Shown in pieces: positions 55,513-64,000 of a stretch of 64,000 nt of DNA. The stretch covers positions 13,206,001 through 13,270,000 of the forward strand of contig OX597816.1 of NCBI GenBank assembly GCA_951406725.2, in the 5' to 3' direction. The first letter of the stretch is position 1. Each line of letters begins with the position of its first letter. Source of the DNA: Octopus vulgaris. Its lineage: Eukaryota. The position numbers and the translations under genes are program-made. A model generated the notes under the pieces. That model was not told the origin of the DNA. It saw only the letters and a program-made list of their open reading frames with translations, and ran no database searches.

Positions 55513-55896
55513 TATTTAATGTACACTTTATAAAGTTACGAGTTAACAATAGTTTCATGCACTGGAGATGCAGTCTAGGCAAGTGTTAAAGACATGCCTT
55601 GTGTCTCCAGTCTTTAGGACCTGTGCCTATACAATTTACAACACAGGACACTAGAACAAAAGAAATCACGAGAGAAAAAAACGAGAAGATTTATGTAAAA
55701 AATGGAACGGTGACAAAAAAACGGAAAATGAATAGAAAAAAGAAAATTAGAATTATGTCCCCTTTGACAGTGAAACCATAATAAAATTAGTTGTTGTGGA
55801 ATGAGTCGAGGAGAGGAGGTCCAATCTCCGATACAGCTGTTCAATCCAGAGAGGATTGTGGCCTCCAATTAGAGGAATATTTAAAAATCGTTCAGC

Positions 55897-56229
55897 TTTC
55901 GACAGATTAGTAGTAACAGTGATTCTCAGGCCTAATTGGCCAAAGGTGTCAATGAATTTTTTTCCAAAATCTATTAAGATTGCGACTATCACAGCCATGA
56001 GATATTCCCAACCCGTCGTCTTGATAGAGAGCACCCTCATGAAATGGGAACTTGGATCTCAGTGTATTTCATACAAATTCCCATCCCGTGACGTTGGTCC
56101 ATACTGAGATAAAGGGTTGCGAAGATCACATGACTGTGATAGTCAAACTCTTGATAATTTGGGGCAAAACTTATTAATACTTTTAGCCAAATAGGTTTCA
56201 GGATCATTGTTGGTACTAATCTGTCAAAA
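55897..56229. repeat. diverged inverted repeat (old MITE-like fold-back)
   Basis: 55897-56014 aligns with the reverse complement of 56114-56229 (gacagattagta...gactatcacag.catg.gat.ttc.caaccc). Confidence 0.7.
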
Positions 56230-56892
56230 TTCAATATTTTAGATGCCTCGCTAAATCTAAGCTCTCACTTTTATAAACCATTCCAGAGTTTAAAAAGCAT
56301 AATAACTGAAAATAAGTAAAACATACAACATAAAATATAAAGATTATATAAAATGTAAATTATAAAGACACAACAATATTCACCTAAACTTGAAAACCTG
56401 AAGAATGTAGTTGACAAACGTAACAATCACAAGACAGACGCGAAAATTCAGGTGAAGAACGGAAAACGATTTTACATCATTGAAACTTCGACTGTAGATG
56501 AAAAGTTGATGAAATGTTTGACAAATTAATCAATAAAATCATAATTGATTAGTTGATTAGTGAACAATAAAGCTGAAGTGAGATACAACCACTTGGTGAA
56601 AGTAGGGAATTGTTGTTTGGCTAAATTTATTGAAGTGTATGCGATCTTTTTCATTTTAAATTTGTTGCGGCATAATGTGAAAGGAATCAGGCCTGGTTAT
56701 ATCGCAGTTTTGGTATATGATGTGAGCTCAAACTATTTTATATGAAACATGAATTTGTATAAAAGTATGAATGCTCAAGTTGATCTCAGCGGGATTTCAA
56801 TTCAAAGTACAAACTACCATAACATACAATGCAAAACATTATATCTGTTGCTGTACAACTCCGCAGATTCACCACCTTAAATTGATATTAGT

Positions 56893-57525
56893 TTCAAATT
56901 TTGGGTCAATTTCGCGGAGGGGTTAAATCGATTAAATCGACCCTAGTACTCAAATAGTACTTATCCTTATTGCTTTATTGCCCACAAGGGGCTAAACATA
57001 GAGGGGACAAACAAGGACAGACAAAGGGATTAAGTTGATTACATCGACCCCAGTGCGTCACTGGTACTTATTTAATCGACCCCGAAAGGATGAAAGGCAA
57101 AGTCGACCTCGGCGGAATTTGAACTCAGAACGTAACGGCAGACGAAATACCTATTTCTTTGCTACCCACAAGGGGCTATACACAGAGGGGACAAACAAGG
57201 ACAGACAAACGGATTAAGTCGATTACATCGATCGCAGTGCGTAACTGGTACTTAATTCTTGACCCCGAAAGGATGACAGGCAAAGTCGACCTCGGCGGAA
57301 TTTGAACTGAGAACATAACGGCAGACGAAATACCGCTAAGCATTTCGCCCGGCGTGCTAACGATTCTGCCAGCTCGCCGCCTTCAAGATGTACTTATTAT
57401 ATCGACCCTGAAAGGATAAAAGGCAAAGTGGACCTTGACGGAATTTGAACACAGAACGTAAAGATGGACGAAATACAGGTAAGTATTTTATCCGGTAAGC
57501 TAGCAATTCCGCTAGCACGCCGCCA
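56893..57525 (-). mobile_element. SINE A dimer nested in an older SINE A
   Basis: Young dimer ~56968-57383; older copy pieces on both sides. Confidence 0.85.
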
Positions 57526-58124
57526 TCTTTAATTAATATTAATGTTCTTTTATGTTTGCGTTTAATAGATGTGGCGCTCTGTTTTATGGCGTTTTTCAAA
57601 CATGTTCATCTTCTTGAAAGTCAGGTGCATCTGGTTCGAGTATTATACTTCATGAATAATACTGACAACAATATAATAGCAAAAACACACGCCCCAATAA
57701 TCATTCCGAACATAAGATAAAACTGTTAGGGTCCATAAAGATTCATGAAAATAGGAACATTATTAATGCTCGAAGAAATATAAAAGAGATATAAGAAAAT
57801 GCGAGAAATGCTTAAGTAAATAGATAAAATCTTGGGCAGTCGTATTATATATGTGTGAATGCGAGGTTGTGATGCAAAGAATTTATGTTTATATATATAT
57901 GTGTGTGTATGTGTGTATGTGTGTGTGTGTATATGTATGTATATATGTATACTGGCAATTGTGAGTTGCTTCGCTATAGTGCATGACGATCTTACAAGGG
58001 AGAAAGTCAGTGATGCGTTTTATGTGCGCTTTTTATGAAGTGAGCTTTAAAACAAGAAATTGATACATATAACGCACATTAAGACATCGCTCACTCACCT
58101 CATCTTTCTTCACCATGCACCCTG

Positions 58125-58171
<47 letters not shown>

Positions 58172-58318
58172 TGAAGCTCTGGTGCTATATATAGATAAAT
58201 ATATATGTTTGCGTACATATATATATATACATACATACATGCATATATATATATATATATACATATATATACATATACATATATATATATACATATATAT
58301 AGATATATATATATACAT

Positions 58319-58351
<33 letters not shown>

Positions 58352-58371
58352 CATTATATATATATACATAT

Positions 58372-58426
<55 letters not shown>

Positions 58427-58994
58427 TCATTTATTTATATATATGCATGTACATATATATATGTGTGTATATATGCATATATGAATATATGTATACCCCC
58501 ACCACACATACATATGTATGTACGTGTGTATGTATGAATGTATGTGTGGATGTATGCATGTAGATATATGTATATATATAAATTTGTACAAACTGAAACT
58601 CCTTTAATGACTTCTTGGTCGTCCGACATCATTCCTGACATTGAATAAACGATTAAGAAACAAAACGCCTACACACGTGTGCGCGCGCAAGAACCAGACG
58701 AAATACAGGAAACGAATTATGAGCAGGACAACCAGAGTTAAACTTAACGAAGCTGCAAACTCCGAAATTTCTCCTCTCACTCTTTTTATTTATTGGAATT
58801 GACTTCTATAGAATTTTATTGTATCCTCGTGTTTTCTTTTTACATCTTTATCTGCATTTATGTATACATTCAGACGTGTATTGACATAAGTATTTGAATA
58901 CATTATGCTGTCAGAAACGTTAGCACAGCGGGCGAAATACTGTCTTAACGTTCTGACTTCAAATTCCGCCGAGGTCGATTTTTGCCTTTCATCC

Positions 58995-59320
58995 GTGCGA
59001 TGGTTTTCTCATTTCTTTTGGTTGTGGATCTCCGAGAATGTTCGTCACTATCGTACATTTTTTGGTTCATACACTCCTCTCCATACACTTTCTGCAACTT
59101 TGCGTAGGCCTCTGAGCAGGTATCGCCGAGCATTTGGCAAATTTTGATGCAGATTCATGGTCAACGCGACGATCACACCCTACACACGTTCCTTCCAAGC
59201 GCTGCTGTAAACATTGAATGTGAGCTAGAACGCTAAAACTGAGTGCAGTCTGGAGGACAAATACTCGGACAAAACTCAATAATAATGGCTATAATGACCA
59301 AAACTTTCCGAATTTATTTA
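58995..59320 (-). pseudogene. mariner transposase N-terminal (HTH) remnant
   Basis: ICIKICQMLGDTCSEAYAKLQKVYGEECM...DEHSRRSTT resembles mariner IKF..LG....E....L..VYG...D..RSGRPST. A SINE A fragment abuts it at 58908-58994. Confidence 0.75.
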
Positions 59321-59911
59321 ATCACAGAAATGAATCTTTAATTATATTAACTATTTTTTAAAAAACCATGTGTACTTAGGATTGTGTGGTATGCGTATAT
59401 GTGCACAAATATGAAATGTACATATATACATGTATGTGAGTGTATGTGTGTATATGTATGTGGATGTATGCATATGTATGTGTATGTGTATATATAATAT
59501 ATAATTGATGTGAGGGCGTTTAGTGAACTCAAAAATCACTCTTTCAAAAATATCTACAATTTCAATCAAAAAAGTTGACCACACCCATACAACTATTCTT
59601 TAATAAACACAAAATAGCAAGTCCTGGAAATACAATTATAATTTTTACTGAAGAAAGTCAAATACAACCTCTGGTTTTTCAGTTAAATCCTTCACCAATT
59701 GAAATAAAAAAATTCTTTTTCCTTTCTTTTCTTTTTCCTCCTCCACCTTAAAAGGCCACTAAATACTATCTTGGCAAACCATAGAAAAGTCTTTATAAAA
59801 AGGCCAATAAATCTAAATTTCAACCATTCTTTGATAAATCCGATAACGGAAGAAAGAGTCGAAAGTATAAATAAGTTGTAAATAAATAATATATATATAT
59901 ATATATATATA

Positions 59912-60318
59912 TGAGTGGCTGTGTGGTAAGTAGCTTGCTAACCAACCACATGGTTGCGGGTTCAGTCCCACTGCCTGGCATCTTGGGCAAGTGTCTTCTG
60001 CTATAGCCCCGGGCCGACCAATGTCTTGTGAGTGGATTTGGAACAATGGAAACTGAAAGAAGCCTGTCGTATATATGTATATATATATATGTGTGTGTGT
60101 GTGTGTTTATGTGTCAGTGTTTGTCCCCCTAGCATTGCTTGAAAACCGATGATGGGTGTGTTTACGTCCCCGTCACTTAGCGGTTCGGCAAAAGAGACCG
60201 ATAGAATAAGTACTGGGCTTACAAAGAATAAGTCCCGGGGTCGATTTGCTCGACTAAAGGTGGTGCTCCAGCATGGCCGCAGTCAAATGACTGAAACAAG
60301 TAAAAGAGTAAAAGAGTA
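59912..60318 (+). mobile_element. SINE family C
   Basis: Full match with internal (TA)(TG) tract; flanked by TA tracts. Confidence 0.92.
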
Positions 60319-60397
60319 TATATATATATATATATATATAATCCATACATACATACATACATACATACATACATACATACATACATACATACATACA

Positions 60398-60429
<32 letters not shown>

Positions 60430-61079
60430 GGCTGGGCACAAAGTCAACTTGTAAGATCCAGCGATACACATTATACAAAACATTGCTGAAATGATTAGAA
60501 ACTAAACTCCAAAACTTTTATTGAAGACTAAGACCACATGGTAAAGAATAGCTATAAGGTAAATTCACTATGGCTCATGAGGAGATAATGACGCAAATAA
60601 ACAAGTAATCACATTTGGGCTTCATATATAAAAACATACATATATACATATAAATATATATGGGAATATATACATATAGGGAGAGAGAGAAAGCAAGCAC
60701 TGAATGTCTTGAGATGAAATATGAAGAAAAGTAAGGGAAAAGTGTATTAAATTTCAGGTCCGACAGCTGTTTCTTGGAAGCTCAGAATAGTTGTAATGTT
60801 AGCAGATGGGGTGTGCAAAAGGCCAAGAATATGCAACCAGTATTGGATTCATATAAGCATTACTATAAATCCGGCCTCTACCAGAGTTGAGAGATATTTA
60901 CTTTCCAGGCCCCAGAAACAACTGTCTGGCTTGAAACACGATACCTTTTCTACTACGTTTCTGTATATTTTGGACTTCATATAAATCTGTTCTGTAAATG
61001 CATAAATATATTTATGCCTGTATATGAATATTCCTCCTCTAAATATTTTCCATATTTGACCCTCTATCTCCTCACTGTG

Positions 61080-61156
<77 letters not shown>

Positions 61157-61158
<2 letters not shown>

Positions 61159-61658
61159 TTATTTGCCTTTATGTATAATTTTCCCTCACGGGCTATTCTT
61201 TATTGGAAAGCAATACTCTCGTATTGCATTACTATTTTTATTGAAACTTCTTCACTGATCTCGTTCTGCCAACGTTTTGGCGTTCAGTCGAGTGTATAGG
61301 CATGAATGTGGCAACATTTGAAATGTTGTCGAGGTATATGTTGGCTGATGAAGATAAATCAAGTATATGTGGGCAGACATATCTTGAAAATTCTGAAACC
61401 GGTACCACATTATCCCTTTCTAGGTATTTCATCTTTCAGATGTTCTCCCTGGAGGTAAGACAATTTTTTTCAAGTTTGTTGCACACACGCATTTTTGCTA
61501 GTACATAAGCAGTGAAGCTATACATTAGCGTCGTATTTATTACGTTCGCTATTTTCCAGTAAATATCGGTACTTCGTTGTGCCATTTATTTGCTTTTATG
61601 TATAATTTTCCCTCACGGGCTATTCTTTACTGGAAAGCAATACTCTCGTATTGCATTA

Positions 61659-61665
<7 letters not shown>
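61157..61665 (+). mobile_element. PLE/retrozyme-like element with ~80-bp terminal direct repeats, between microsatellites
   Basis: 61157-61238 repeated at 61585-61665; internal hammerhead motif. Confidence 0.75.
61342..61407 (+). ncRNA. putative minimal type I hammerhead ribozyme
   Basis: TGG-CTGATGA-AGA..TCT-GAAA-CCGG-TA-CCA; stem I TGG/CCA; palindromic stem III ACCGGT. Confidence 0.62.
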
Positions 61666-61726
<61 letters not shown>

Positions 61727-61871
61727 TTATATATACATGCATATATATCTATCTCTATAGATATTTAAGTTTATATGTCAGTATAATTTATATATGAAAG
61801 CCAAGCGTGTTTATTTGCATCATTATGTCTTTATATATGCACACATATATATGCGCACACACACACGCACG

Positions 61872-61960
<89 letters not shown>

Positions 61961-62883
61961 CTGTACCTATACATACACACACTTACGCGCATACTCACAC
62001 GTATATATGTATATATATATAATTCAGATAAACTTATGTTTGACCACGAATTGACCCACGCCATATCTACCTTAGTAGCACCACATGATACTATCTGTTA
62101 AGTCGTTTATTAGTTGGGTTTTCTGGTATCATGGCTCATTTAAGTGGACAGATATTGTATATGAATATGTATGTATATTTATATATACATGCATGTGTGT
62201 GAATGTTTACGTATATCAACTGTACCATCTCACCCTCTCTTACTTCCTATAATTAACAGCGCCCTTTAACGGAGACTGTTTCAAACAAAACGATTTATCA
62301 TGTTTATCTGTCGTTGAAAATCTGTTTCATCAAAAACCACGTGAACTCGGAAGCATGCTCAGTGCAAGACACATTGAGAAACACACACACCCAACAACCA
62401 CTCAAGGCATGGATACAATCAATGATTTACAAGTTTATTTTGTATTTTTGTTTTAGTTTTTCCTTTCCATCTTTGTTCTGAAGTATAATTTTCTTTCCTG
62501 CCATGAAAGACGTAGAAGTTTTGATAGATATAAGAAGCAAATACAAGGAGAGGAGGGTTTAGTTTGCCTTTGAGTAAAACCGTTCATTCTTGATCTTGTG
62601 AACTGTTAACTGCGGTCGTTAGAGTTTTACTGAAACAGAACAGTAATATTTCTTCTTCCGGAAGCCCTACATCAAAAGATACATTTGTATTTCTCCCATC
62701 AAACAGTTTGATATTTTTAAAAAATCGTTATTTCAGTAAAAAAGATTGATCTATATTAATCTATATTATATAGTTACATATCATATATGCTCTCTTTCAC
62801 CTATTCCTTTCCCCGCTATAAATATGCATTTATTTTTCCTCTTTGCTACTCTTTCTCTTCCTCTGTACACACACAAATATGTA

Positions 62884-62953
<70 letters not shown>

Positions 62954-62979
62954 TATATGTGTGTGTATATATATATATA

Positions 62980-63025
<46 letters not shown>

Positions 63026-63291
63026 GTTAATCCAGACATGAAAACACAAAGAGAAAACACAGCAACGCGAAGATGTAGAACAAGTATAGTGTTATTGGAC
63101 ACTCAGGAAAGCAAAGAAAGAAGGAGGATATATATTTATATATATAGGAAAAAAGCAACAAGAATGGATTAAAATATCGGTACAATTGTTTCGTACGAGG
63201 ACATCTTTAATAAGCTACAAAAAAAAATGCAGTAAATATAGATGGCTCGTACTCGTCAATTACTTAAACCGAATATATTTATATATATATA

Positions 63292-63344
<53 letters not shown>

Positions 63345-63432
63345 GTGTGTATGTGCGTGTGTGTGTGTATATACATGTATATATAAATATATATGTATAT
63401 ATGTATGTATATATACATATATGTACATATAT

Positions 63433-63507
<75 letters not shown>

Positions 63508-63512
<5 letters not shown>

Positions 63513-64000
63513 CTGATCACTTACCGCAGTCACATCCGTCTCCTCGAGCGCTTCCACCAGCGATGTCTCCGCACCATCCTCAACATACACGGGTGTGACT
63601 TCGTCACAAACATTGAGGTCTTGGAGTGGGCCGGGATCCCCAGCATTGAAGCCATGCTACTGAAGTACCACATCCAATGGGCAGGGCATGTCTCCAGAAT
63701 GGAAAATCACCGCCTTCCTAAGATTGCCCTGTTTGACGAACTCTTCACCGGCCACCGTCTGAGAGGAGCTCCGAGGCAGTGTTACAAAGACTACCTCAAG
63801 AAGTCTCTGACAGCATGTCCTATTGACCACCAATGTTGGTCAGACCTGGCTGCGGACCGTGATGTCTGGCACCACACGATCTTCAACGCAGTCAGCAAGT
63901 TTGAGGAACAAAGAAGAGACGCGCTTAAACACAAGAGACGCAAGAGGAAGGCGTGAGCCGCCTCTGACACTACACCGGATGTTACCTTCGTCTGTGGACA
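63508..64000 (+). pseudogene. RTE-clade LINE ORF2 C-terminal part, 5' truncated, runs off the window
   Basis: TYRSHIRLLERFHQRCLRTILNI...TNIEVL..AGIPSIEAMLL....WAGHVSRMENHRLPK..LF.EL..G.R.RG.P...YKD.LK is the RTE/BovB signature. Premature stop at 63954-63956, then FVC (start of a zinc finger). The ORF N-terminus is microsatellite. Confidence 0.93.

Overview
Eukaryotic, AT-rich, microsatellite-laden DNA. The SINE families and the (TA)n/(CATA)n load look like an octopus (coleoid cephalopod) genome; this is an inference. No host protein-coding gene or true tRNA gene is supported, and almost all ORF-track entries are translated microsatellites or SINEs. The window contains about four modular tRNA-headed SINE families (labelled A-D here, many with target-site duplications, TSDs). 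It also holds decayed retroelement pieces (RTE ORF2 C-terminus, CR1-like 3' end, CCHC-knuckle L1/Tx1-like remnant, Penelope GIY-YIG), Tc1/mariner remnants and MITEs, an inverted pair of 8-bp-TSD MITEs with TTAGGG repeats, and Helitron/Helentron-like elements. The most notable signal is a set of unrelated short non-coding elements, mostly embedded in (TA)n tracts. They carry minimal type I hammerhead-ribozyme motifs and occur as partial tandems or fold-back palindromes (Penelope/retrozyme-like). Probable LINE partners of two SINE families are also visible through shared 3' tails. Coordinates were read by eye, so ends of degenerate copies are approximate.
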